NCBI RefSeq assembly: GCF_035084215.1
Contig: NC_090364.1
Location: 12,524,001 to 12,588,000, forward strand
Direction of reading: 5' to 3'
DNA from: Heptranchias perlo
Taxonomy: Eukaryota
DNA: 64,000 nucleotides
The notes beneath the pieces were generated by a model. The model was not told the DNA's origin, searched no databases, and was given only the letters and a program-made list of their open reading frames with translations. This document shows, one piece after another, positions 34,848-47,100 of this stretch (positions are counted from its first letter, which is position 1; each line of letters starts with the position of its first letter). The position numbers and the translations under genes were made by a program.

Positions 34848-35750
34848 TTAGCCCCGTCTCCATAATCGTGTAGTCCCGCCTCCATAATCACTTAGTCCCG
34901 CCTCCATAATCACTTAGTCCCGCCTCCATGCTCACTTAGTCCCGCCTCCACATCATTAGTCCCACCTCCGTACTCACTTAGTCCCGCCTCCATAATCACT
35001 TAGTCCCGCCTCCACATCAGTTAGTCCCACCTCCATACTCACTTAGCACCGCCTCCATAATCACTTAGTCCCGCCTCCACATCAGTTAGTCCCACCTCCA
35101 TACTCACTTAGTCCCGCCTCCATACTCACGTAGTCCCGCCTCCATACTCACTTAGTCCCGCCTCCATAATCACTTAGTCCCGCCTCCATAATCACTTAGT
35201 CCCGCCTCCATACTCACGTAGTCCCGCCTCCATACTCACTTAGTCCCGCCTCCATAATCACTTAGTCCCGCCTCCATAAACACTTAGTCCCGCCTCCATA
35301 ATCACTTAGTCCCGCCTCCATAAACACTTAGTCCCGCCTCCATACTCACTTAGTCCTGCCTCCATAATCACTTAGTCCCGCCTCCATACTCACTTAGTCA
35401 CACCTCCATACTCACTTAGTCCCGCCTCCATACTCACTTAGTCCCGCCTCCATAATCACTTAGTCCCGCCTCCATACTCACTTAGTCCCGCCTCCATACT
35501 CACTTAGTCCCGCCTCCATACTCACTTAGTCACACCTCCATACTCACTTAGTCCCACCTCCATAATCACTTAGTCCCGCCTCCATAATCACTTAGTCCTG
35601 CCTCCATACTCACTTAGTCCCGCCTCCATACTCACTTAGTCCCGCCTCCATACTCACTTAGTCCCGCCTCCATACTCACTTAGTCCCGCCTCCATACTCA
35701 CTTAGTCCCGCCTCCATACTCACTTAGTCCCGCCTCCATAATCAGTTAGT
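34848..35750. repeat. 22-bp minisatellite CTTAGTCCCGCCTCCATACTCA (~40 copies)
   Basis: Direct reading. Confidence 0.95.
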
Positions 35751-35973
35751 TAAATCTGGAATTTCCTCCCTAAACCTCTCCGCCTCTCCACCTCCCTCTC
35801 CTTCTTTAAGACCTTCCTTAAAACTCATCTTTTTGACCAAGATTTCAGTCACCCCTCCTAATATCTCCTTCTTTGGCTTGGTGTTGATTTTTTGTCAGAT
35901 TACACTTTTGCAAAGCGTCTTGTGATGTTTTTCTCCTTTAAAAATGCAACATTAATGAGAGTTGTTGTTGTTG

Positions 35974-36182
35974 TACCTCCATATCATTTAGTTCCACCTC
36001 CATATCATTTAGTTCCACCTCCATATCATTTAGTTCCACCTCCATATCATTTAGTTCCACCTCCATATCATTTAGTTCCACCGTCACACAACTTCGTCCC
36101 GCCCCATAACCTCTTAGTTCTACCCCACCATATCACTTAGTCCTACCTCTATATCATTCATACCCACTTCCATATCACTTTA
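35974..36182. repeat. 21-bp related minisatellite TTAGTTCCACCTCCATATCAT
   Basis: Direct reading. Confidence 0.85.
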
Positions 36183-36569
36183 GCCTTGTCTTCCCAGTCC
36201 CATCCTTTGGTAATCATTTAATCCAGGTACAATCTTGAATATCACCTGTACCTGGTTGAAGAATTGAACAGGTTTGGCTTTGCTGCCTTCCTCTTGTGCA
36301 ATGGATTAACAACCCTGAATGTGAGGGAAACATCTCAAAACAACTACTTCCATCCAATGTTCTGATTAATATCTCAAAAACAAAATCAAATTTAATCCCA
36401 TTTTTAAAAAAAAACTACTTCAAAGATTGCTACTGATCAAAATAGTTCAGCATCACTGAAAATTTCATTAAAGGGAGGTATAGATGCCAAAAATTATTCA
36501 ATTTTTTCTCTCACAGTCGATAGAAATTCTAATTTCAGGACTATGCTTCTTGGCTATTTATGGATTTAT

Positions 36570-36945
36570 CAACACCAGTTTGCATTTATATAGTGTCTTT
36601 AATCATCCCAAAGCATCCCAAGGTGCTTCACCAAGACATAAGGAAAAACAGAAACAGAGCCAAAGAAAGAGATATTGGTGACCAAAGCTTTGCAAAGATG
36701 TAGGTGTTAAGGAGGTCTTAAAGGAGGGGAGGGAGTTGGAGAAGTGGAGGAGGTTAGAGAGGGAATTCCAGTGTGCGGGGCGTAGACAGCTGAAGGCTTG
36801 GCCACTAATGGTGAGGCAAAAGTGGGGGTGCACAAGAGGCCAGAGTTTGAGGAATGGAGAGTTCAGGAGAGGGGTTGTAGTGCTGGAGGAGGTTATGGAG
36901 ATTGGGAGGGGCGAAGCCATGGAGGGATTTAAACGCAAGGATTGA
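36570..36945 (-). mobile_element. L2-like 3' fragment
   Basis: AFSCLRPAHWNSL; reverse complement of the 28700 element. Confidence 0.65.
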
Positions 36946-37732
36946 GAATCAAGATTTTTCCCTGTTATAAATTTAAAAATAGCCTTCATTCACTTTTTAC
37001 TTTGATGGCATATTACAGACTGCAACTTCCATGATATCTTTATCCATGTGATGGAGGAAAGGAAGGTTTTTACACCAGGAGTATGTGTCCGCAGTGATAT
37101 CATTTTACCCACAATTATAAATCAGGAAGTAATAAGGAGGGAGATTTCCTCTGGTCATCATTTGAAGCTAACTTGTAAATGTGTTCTTTAGATTTTGGTT
37201 TACAATTTGGCCACAAATAGCAAACAGGAGAAATTGTTCTTCAGGGCCCAAGTTCACTGGGTTTAAACAAATGATTGTAGATGAGCATATTGGAGGCAGG
37301 AGTTCCGGAAAAAGTAAAAAGGAGGAATAAACGTACAGAACACGATAGAGGGAACAGGCCTCAGCGGCTTGGCTCAGTCATCCATTTTAAAAAGATTATT
37401 TTAATATCGTGAAATTCTTGATGAAAGATGCATAACATCCATCGGTGATTAACAGTATGAAATCAAAATAACAGTGAAACCCATTGAGTTAATGTAGATG
37501 CTGACTGATTGAGCAGGGCAACATCACATGAACATCAACCAGTACCTCGACCTGACTTGAAATGTTGGGTGTCCTTGGGCGTAGTGTAACACTGTTCATA
37601 ACAATTTATCCTAATAAGTAGGACAGCCTTGTTAAATTATAAAACTGAGAATAAAGGTCAAAGTCCTTGGCATTGAAAGTACAGTACTCTCCCCACTGGA
37701 GAGTCCTTCCCCAAGAAGTTATATGTTACATC

Positions 37733-38045
37733 TCCCTTAGCAGAGGGGTCAATGACCAGGGGGCAAAGATTTAAAGTAATCGGTAGAAAGATTAGATGGG
37801 AGCTGAGGAGAAATTTTCTCACCCAGAGGGTGGTGGGGGTCCGGAACTCACTGCCTGAAATGGTGGTAGAGGCAGAAACCCTCAACTCATTTAAAAAGTA
37901 CTTGGATGTGCACTTGAAGTGCCGTAACCTACAGGGCCACGGACCAAGTGCTGGAAAGTGGGATTAAGCTGGATAGCTCTTTTCCGGCAGCATGGACACG
38001 ATGGGCCGAATGGCCTCCTTCTGTGCCGTAACTTTCTATGATTGT
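37733..38045 (+). mobile_element. CR1 3' fragment
   Basis: TRGQRFKV...NFLTQRVVGVRNSLP. Confidence 0.85.
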
Positions 38046-39924
38046 ACGATCTCTAGAGGGAAGATTAGGCCCAACAACATTTAGAATGAGTTTCAGATGC
38101 ACCAGATTCTAGGTAGGTTGGTGAATGAGGAGATAGTGTAACACAGTGGGAGGGAGGGAGAATTAGAGCAAAAATAACACTGAGCCCCTTTATGTATCTC
38201 TTTAGCAGCCAGTTTAACATTGGCATTGGCGGAAAGCTGGACAGAGTTTATCTCCCTTATCTCATGGTTGGAATGTTGGCACTGGGTGACCCAAGAGATG
38301 GGAAGGGGCGGGGAGGAGGGGAAGGAGAATATCTTGAGGAAAGATCGTCACTCTAAAGAAAATTATAATCTGTGCTGTGACAGGAATGATCTAAATAGGA
38401 AAAGCATTTGATTCTCTGGTATCTTCCAATGCTTTCTTTCTGTCCTGTCCTGTCCCCACAACTGCTTCCCTTTGGGAGCTGCCTTATCCATGTGGTGATA
38501 TGATGGAGGGGAAGAAGGTTTTTGCACAAGGAGTATGAGTCTGCAGCGATATCATTTACCCATAAAGTGAAGGCTGCCTCACCCCACAGCTACCCAATAG
38601 TTCTCTGCCTGAAACCATAACCAAGGACCTTTTACATCCACTAACACCTCAATACATCATTGCATGAGGTCACTGCTACTCCATTTAAGAATGCCTGTCC
38701 TCCACAAAGACCGTAATACAACTCTCCCTGAACCTCACATCCTCATTGACCGTAATACCTCTCTCCCTGAGGCTGCTGCTTCTTTACATAAAGTTGCCTC
38801 CTCTGCTCAAGACCCCGATCACGTCTAACCACAAGGACACTCACAGTTGTCTCTCCTGCCTGAAGGAACCACCTTCTTCAATCACTGAGGTGACTCCTAT
38901 GATTCTTCCCAAGAAGATTACCATTTCCTACCCTAAAGCCATCAGTCCCTTTCCATGACCATCATGACTTAAACAAGTTAAATAAATACCGGAAAAGTCT
39001 AAAAAACATAACAATTTCTGGTTGAATCACTGATGGTTTTTGAGTCGTTGACACAGTGACATTCAAGAACTGTTGAACAACTCAAGCCAATGCTTGGATT
39101 GTGGCCCTTGACAAAAAGTTAGAGATTTTTCCCCACTAGGTGGAGCACTCTACGATAACGGAGTGTTCTACGTTGTTAACTTAGGGGCAATTCTGCTTTA
39201 AGCAGACCTCCTCTGGTCAATTGCACTGGGTCACTGGCGGGAACCGCAATTCCAAGCACTCCAGTAGCCTTGGGCCGCAAACTTTTAGCTCAGGTTATTA
39301 AGTTGACTATCCGTTTTTAGTAAGTGCTGATTGTTGAGACCAACTTGAATATTCCTTCTCAAAAAGCAACACATTATTTCAATTATTTATTGCTTTGTAA
39401 GGGAAAGAGAGCAAAAGGATTGGTCAGAAATGTGCGTCAAGAAATTTTGATTGGCTACCCAATTTGCTAAATAGCAGCTAACTGGGTTCCTGTGGAGAAA
39501 CAACTACATTCCTACTCCAACCCAAAGCAATCGGTATTGAAAAATCCTGCGGCCTAGGCTCTCCCACCTTCCCTGTTATTGCCAGATCGAGCCACAAATG
39601 TGTAACGTATAATCATTCTAATTAAGCATCGTAGATATTGGACAGCCATTCTTTTTTATTCCTTGAAAAATTAAGGTGAAGACTCAAGGCCTATGGAGCA
39701 GGATATGAACAAGGTTAAAAAGATTAGGCAACCTTAATTTTAAGCCTGCAGATTATAGACGGGAGGAACAATTGAGAGAGGTAACGAGTTCCATGGTTTT
39801 GAGGTATTGGGAATGAATCAGTTAAAGTGAGGGTCTTGACATACTAAATGCTGATGTAGCACCGATGCTGTGCTGCTAGACATTGCTAGCATATTAACTA
39901 AATATTAATCTTAACAGGTTCTTT

Positions 39925-40495
39925 AGTCCGAATTTTAACCCTGGGGCAAACGGGGGAAGGGGCAGGTTGGTAAATGGCAGTCGGGGGATTCGCGACCCGT
40001 TCCCACTTGCTGCCCTTTTTACTCACCTCAAAACAGGCCCGTGAGGGCCGCCCGTCCCAGCTAGGTGGGGGCCTACTTTACATTCAAAAGTCGCGGCTGG
40101 ATGATGTCATCGGTCCCGCCATGCAATTTTAACTCGGAAAATCAAGAGGCCTGCATGGGTCTAAACCGGCTCTCAGCCAGAAGCAGGAATCAGCCAGAAG
40201 AGGCCAAGGTAACTACTTTTATTTAACTTTTCTGAGGATTCCCTGTGGGCTAGGAGGAGCAGGAATGCTCCCCCGCCAGGCCGCACAAGGAATCTTCAGG
40301 CCTTCTCATCCCCAGCCTTGCATTTCCCTTCCAGTGTTGGCATCTCCTTTCAAACCACCCCCTTTCCCTGCCCATTTTCAGGTGGGAGACAGCTCTGTCA
40401 AATGCTAATGAGGCCCTGGAGTTAAAATGGCCACGGCCTCACGTTCAACTCTCAACGGGGGGAGTTCCCAGTCGCCCCGAGTTAAAATCTGGACT
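39925..40495. mobile_element. MITE-like element
   Basis: Ends AGTCCGAATTTTAACCCTGGGGC and GCCCCGAGTTAAAATCTGGACT. Confidence 0.55.
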
Positions 40496-40599
40496 CTTCT
40501 CTCAGAATCATAAATAACAGAACTTCTGCCGCTGCCCCCAGCAATCTGGGCAACTGGACCATCCAGTGTGATGTTGAGACATACAGACCAGGAAAGTTC

Positions 40600-40810
40600 C
40601 TGCTTCAACTCCTGCTCGATTCTGACTTGTCCGAGCTCAGGTAGAACAGCAGAATGGCCTCAGCATCTCTAGGCTAGCAGCGGGTGAAAGGTCAGCCAGG
40701 TTTCCTGCTCCTGATTACCATCCAGTGACCCCTGCTGGAAAGTGGGCATGTTGGGTGAGGACAGGATGAGGATAGCTCCACAGTTGAATAGCCCACCGGC
40801 ATTCACCAGG
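40600..40810 (+). mobile_element. Second, older SINE-like family (other pieces near 18960-19100, 43300-43540, 47110-47460)
   Basis: Recurrent CAGCCAGG..TCCTGCTCCTGA...CCAGTGACCCCT...GTGAGGACAGGAT...CACAGTTGAATA. Confidence 0.5.
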
Positions 40811-41152
40811 ATTCTAGGCTGAAACGTAATAAATGACCACTTTGATGCGATAGCAGAGGAGTAAATAGCCCAGCAAAGAATAAAGGGAGAATATTTGGGG
40901 GTGGGGGTAACACAGTGCTCCTAAGGCAGTGTAGCGTTGCCATGGGGATTGGGATATCCAAAAATGTGCTGTCATGGAAAGAATGGGTACGTCCAAGGCA
41001 CAGAGACACCCGGCCCGGTTGGCTGAAGGAGGACGTCAAGAGCAGACAGGAAATAGAATTCAAAAGCGCGTAGAAAAATCAATAAAAGGAATCGAATTTC
41101 CTACAAAGCCTGTCCTTTAAAAGGTTTGCTTTCACAAGCACATCACAGGCTT

Positions 41153-41405
41153 AGAATTCAGGAGAAACTTCTTTACTCGGAGTGTAGTTAGAATGTGGAA
41201 CTCGCCACTACAGGGAGTAGTTGAGGCGAATAGCATAGATGCATTTAAGGGGAAGCTAGATAAACACATGAGAGAGAAAGGAACAGAAGGATATGCTGAT
41301 AAGGTGAGATAAAGTAGGATGGGAGGAGGCTGGTGTGGAGCATAAACACCAGCATAGACCAGTTGGGCCAAATGGCCTGTTTCTGTGCTGTACATTCTAT
41401 GTAAC
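41153..41405 (+). mobile_element. CR1 3' end
   Basis: Matches 59920-60168. Confidence 0.8.
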
Positions 41406-42274
41406 TTAACATTTACAACCCACAGGTACAATAGCTTTTAAGAAATGACTTAATTCCTCTCACTTGTCGAATGATTTGCAGATAAAGTGCAGTGTAACAC
41501 TTAATAAAAACCAAATCAGTTTCACCTCACAAATACTAGCACAGGGGAAAGCACGGCCTTATCAATCGGGAACTTCCAACAAAAGAAAAGAACCATTCAA
41601 AATGTTTTTATAATAAACTTTCGCTCGCAAACAGAATCTTCAGCCAACTACCTGTTTTTTCATTTTTAAAAGAAGGGAGGTGAGTTTCTGCAGAGGGAGT
41701 CAAATAGCCTTCGAGGTGAAGAATGGACAAACAGTCCAATGGATAAGTAACAACCTGAATTAACGCCTTCAGGAAAAGAGGAGAGGAGAAAAAAAAAGGC
41801 AAGCAAATTGGCAACTGCTCGGCCCAGAGTTTAAGGTAGCGAATTCACGTCTGGTACATCATAGACATTTACTCAGAAGATTAATGGAAGTCACGAACGT
41901 GACACTCTTTCACACTGCTCAATACATACGTCACCCATCAGCGCTGTGATTGACTATATTGACTCCACAATCGTCGCTAGGAACATTCCAGAACATGCTG
42001 CAGTGCACAGTGAACATCGAATGGTTATTTGCTTCTGCGAGTGATCGGTATTTAAAAAATAAATAAATTGAGTGAAGACGGCTGTCATGTTGGGAGCGTA
42101 AATAGGGGACGGTGGCTGCTGAGGGTCAGCCGGCAGTGAGTTAAAGGGAGCAAGAAAATCTCCGAATGCTGGAAATCGGAAACAGGAAAATGCCGCAAAT
42201 GCGCAGCAGGTCAGAGAGCATCCAACTGAGGAAAGACAGGTGGGACCCTTTCACCTCTTGCAGGACGTTACATG

Positions 42275-42542
42275 TAAGGTCGCCAACTCTGGTCGGCCAT
42301 ATTCCTGGAGGATTCATCACATGACCTCCCGCCTCCAATCACCCCGCCATTTGTCCCCTCCCCATTTCCAATATTTTTGGAACTAATAAAGGAAAATGGT
42401 CAAAGAAAATGGAAAAATAAACACCATTTTTTTTTTAACGGCCCTTTGTTGTTTCTCCCGGGTGTTTCTCGCAGCAGTGTCCTGGAGATTAATCTCTAAT
42501 TGCTGGAGATTGCAGGGCAATCTTGGAGGGTTGACGACTCTA
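42275..42542. mobile_element. hAT-type non-autonomous DNA transposon
   Basis: Degenerate TIR (TAGGGTTGCCAAC type); 8-bp flanks GTTACATG/GTTACACC. Confidence 0.65.
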
Positions 42543-44018
42543 GTTACACCCTGTGGGTGAAAGTAGTTGGAAATTTGACCACTAATTTCTGGCGTCCCTT
42601 TTGGCTAGTCCTGACCGTGCGTCTTGGTGAAGGGTCCCACCAGAAACACTAAGCTGCATGTCATTTCCTTCGGTTGCTGACTGACCTACTAGAGATCATT
42701 ATATGAGCCCCCTCCCCTGCCCACCCCAGAGTGCAAATCAGAAAAGTGGCCCACCATTTTCTAGTCAGGAATGGTTAAAGAAATCGTGGGGTGTGCGTGG
42801 CCAAATTTCCAATTTCTGGCCCTGGTAGGGGGGCAGGATATCTGTTGGGGCGTGCGGGTTCATAACATTCCCCCGCCCACTGTGTGTTTGCCGAATATTC
42901 TGTTTATTTAATGTGACGTAGGCTCCAGTCAGGTGGTTATGTGGCCATAAACCACTGGAGCAAAGCTGGAGATGTCAGGGGAGAGGTCACGAATTAGTGT
43001 TCCCGGCCCTAGAGGCTTGCACAGTGGGAGAGCAAATCGGGAGCTGGTGATCAGCTTGCTCAGCCTCACTTTCCATCTATTAATTTTAATCGATAGGAAG
43101 TCGGCAATTGAATTCCCATCTTGCTTTCCCGCCGTGCTTTGGGAGCGCTATTTCGCGAGATCTACTCCTTAATTCCAGCTGGGAACTCACAATCGGTTGC
43201 ATTGCTACACATTGAATAGTTTTTGCATGTGGTTCTCCTGACGGTTTAATGAGTAGATGCACAGCTCAGTGCGGGACTGAACCAATCACACACCAGGAAT
43301 GTTCTTCGCTCAATGTCCTGACTCAACTGATCACGGCTTGGGCACCAGTTAAAGGCAATATTATTGATTTCCGCATCCCAGGGCTGGGAAGTAAGACAAA
43401 AAAACTAGTCAGGACTCCCCTTCCTACTCACAATTAACCTGTTGGAAAATATTTGAGTGACTACCAGGTGAGGAGAGGATCAGGCTCAATTGTGATGGCT
43501 GTCACAGTTGAATAATCTGCTGACATTCATTGTCTAGATTCACACGTGGGGCAAAATAAAGGGGAGCATCCAGATCCTATTGATCAGCACCCCAGTATGA
43601 GCTGCCACCATGAACCATGGTTCAACTATGAGCCCCCCTGGACCGAAGAAGAGGAGGGGACAAAACTGAGGGAAGAGAAAACACATTCCAATTTCCCCTG
43701 GCAGACACACACAGGGCATGATAAAGGTGGGGAAACATAGGAAAAGGGGGAACAAAGTTAACAGTAACGTAGGACCCAAAGCTTTACAGAAACACATTCA
43801 GGTGCTGGAAGATTAGCATTAAATAAACTATTCAATATGTATTATATCGATTCATAGGATAAGACGCCCGAAATGTGTGACCCGCTGATCTTTAAAGGGC
43901 TCCACTCTTTTCAAGTGGTAGATTTATATTTGCTTTGTACCTTTTTGATTCACGTTTACAAAAGTTAGATTTTACACAAGGTTCCAGGGACAGGCGATTT
44001 ACTTTTTTGCTGGCGGGT

Positions 44019-44145
44019 TCAGAGGTTACTTTCATGCACTTCCTCTGTGTCGTTGGCAAGGTTCCCATTTTCATTCAGCCGCTTTGCCCGATACGTCTCA
44101 TAGAAAATGTTGTGTGTCACCTCCTTCAGGTCCTGGAGGTGAGTC
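44019..44145 (-). CDS. SEPTIN3: SEPTIN3 last coding exon ([24 protein letters not shown]...HESNL*)
   Basis: Acceptor ctctgcag, stop TGA at 44021-44019. Confidence 0.95.
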
Positions 44146-47100
44146 CTGCAGAGCGAGACCAAGACAGAGAGAGCAGGAGAGAGGGAGCGGGTGAAAGAGA
44201 GACCGGAGAAGAAAGGGACAGACCGATAGAGAGAAAAGAAAATAAGATGGAAGCAGAGACACCCAGGGTGGCAAGAGAAAAGAAGAGAGCAGACAGAAAG
44301 AGAGGAGGACAAAAACAAGAGCATACAGAGAAGAAAGTAAACAGAAAAAGACAGCAGGAGAGGGAAAGGCAGTTGAAAGAGAAAGCAAGAGAGACAAAGC
44401 GACAGAAAGAGAGAAAATAAAACAACAGGGAAATAGAGACAGAGAGGGAAGAGGAATGGAGAGAGCAGACAGAAAGAGAGAAGTAAAGAGGAGAGTCAGA
44501 AAAAAATGAAAAAAGAAAGTAGAGGAGGATAAAGGGGGAAGACAAGCAGAAAAGGGGGAAGATAAAAGGGAAGGAGGGCAATAAAGAAGAAGGGAAGAGA
44601 GATACAAGAAAAAGGGAAATGAATAAGTGGAAAGTTGTACAAAAGAGAAAAGTGTGGTACAGAATGAGGGAAGAAAGAAGAGAGTTCAAAATAGAGAAAG
44701 AAAGACACAGAGAACATGATGCAAAAGAAATTAGAAAAAACGTGAAGGAGAAATAGATGAAAAGAGAGGGGATGGGATTACATAAATAAAGAAACATCCA
44801 GGTAGAGAAAGGAAAAGGGAGCAAAGGGCAAAGAGCAGGAACAGAAAGACATGAAGGGAGACAAAGAGAGAGGAATAGAAAAAATTATGAAATACAATAA
44901 AAGAGACAAAGTAAAGTAAACGTTAGAGGTGTAAGATCCACCGTTACCTAACAATGAGGTCCCGGAGAAGTGGAAACTCGCAGTGGGTGACATTCTCAAC
45001 TGGAAGGAAACAGAAAAAACGTCAGGTCAGAATGTGCCGACACCTCCGGAGACAAGATCCCGCAGAAACAACTCCACCAATCCCACTGACATAAAGTCAG
45101 TTTTGTTGTTGGCTACACCAAGTCTAGTTAATAACTATGAAGAGTTGAGAGTGCACCCTGTTCATAACTGACGATCTGGTGACCAGTGTTGTGTCAATAG
45201 GTCAGAGGTCATGTCTCAGAATATTAAGTAACTGTGGAATTTTCTAACCCCCTCTCCCCCGCCATCTCTTCACGTTTAGAGGAAGCAGGAAACCTGACAA
45301 TTGGCATCTACCATTAACAAAATTTATCAAACGTTAAGGAAATTGGGTTTGCTTTCTTTGGAAGGGGAGACTTTAAGGTGACTTAATTGAAGTTTTCAAT
45401 TGTGTGAAGGCAATTGATAAAACCGATCTGGGCAAATTGTCCACTGTGGCAGAGGCTTCAAGTACCAGGAGACACGAGTTTAAAACAGCAAGTTAGGAAG
45501 AGAAATGAAGTGTAATTTCTTTTACACAAAAGTCAATTGAATTCTGGAACAAGTTGCCAGGTTCAAGAGACAATTTCCTGCTTCCCTTTCTGCCTATCCC
45601 CGTTTAGCTATTCACATTCTCACTGTGTCTCCTATATTTCTTTGCTTTCTCTCATTGTGCCTCCTTCTGTCTGCTGCTAATATCGCGTCTGTCACTTAAT
45701 CACCTCGCTTCACTGGTGACTTTAATTTTCTTCGTGGCTGTCTGTGTTTGTTGTGTCTTTTTCCTGGCCCCCTTTCCCTTGTTGTGTCCTTTTTAAATGT
45801 TGCCCTTGTGTAATATCCCCGAGTCAGGTGTCAGCCGTGGCTCAGTGGGGCAGCACTCTCGCCTCTGAGTCATGAAGGTCATTGGATTCAAGCCCCATTC
45901 CAGAGACTTGAGCACATAATCCAGGATGACACTCCAGTACTGCACTGTGGGAATGCTGCACTGTTGGAGGTGCTGTCTTTCCTGCAGTGTTGCATTTTCT
46001 ATATTTGCAGAGTGACTACTCAACCAACATCACTATAACATAGCTGGACATTTATTTCATTGCTGTTTGTGGGACCTTGCTGTGCGCAAATTGGCTGCCA
46101 CGTTTCCTACATTACAACAGTGACTACACTTCAAAAGTACTTCATTGGCTGTAAAGCACTTTGGGACGTTCTGAAAAGCATAAATGCAAGTTCTTTCTTT
46201 CTTTAGCCCTGATGAAGGGTTTAAGGCTTGAAATATCGACTGATTCCTGTCTTTTCACCGATGCTGCCCGACCTGCCGAGTATTCCAGCGCTGTCTGTTT
46301 TTATTTTCAAGAGACAATAGATGTGTTTCTGGAGAAAGGAGATTGATTGAAAAGGGACGGGGCTGTTGGGCCTAATGGCCGTTTCTAAACCTTTTTTTAT
46401 GTTCAGTTAATTGTAGACAGTATTGCCTAATTTGCCATCGATGTGAGCCCTATTTTGTTTCCAGGCAGGTTCAGTGACTGATCTGTAGAGTGGTTTGGGG
46501 AACCGGTTAATCAAACCAAACATTAGATTCTTGACAACTGAATCGTGAATAAGGTCACTGCACTGTGTCACTCTGAAAACTACTTATCAACGCAAAAAAC
46601 CAGCCAGACCAGAATCCATCTCAACTCAATTACACCCTACAGTAAATGCCAGCGAATTGACCAGAAATCACTGCAGATTACTTCCTGCCCAACTTGCAGC
46701 AATAGTGTCACAACTGTTAATCAGAGAATCAGAGACATTTAATCATTGTGGATGAGTTAGTTCTCCCGCTGAAAGCTAATGATTCTAGTTCCACTTCCCT
46801 TCTCTTTCTCCAGATCCTTTAATATCTTTCTTCTTCAAGTGTTTGTCTAATCCCCTCTTAATTGCTGTGACTGATTTGGTTTCAATGGGCACCTGAGGCC
46901 AAGCCCTCCATACCCCGGTAACCCATTGCTTCCATTACATTTTATTTCCTACTCTTAGCACTAATCCTGAGCTTATGTCCCTTTATCATCATATGTGAAT
47001 AAGGTGGAGTGCATTAGCAGTTAGTTTATGAATTGGGAGCTGCTACCAGGTTAGAAACAGACACACCCTGAGTAATGTCAGCCCATAAGAGTGTATTACC

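Noticed and set aside
43935-44824. Long Leu/Ser/Phe- and Arg/Glu/Lys-rich ORFs
   Set aside because: Artefacts of the AG-rich intron; only 44019-44145 is coding.
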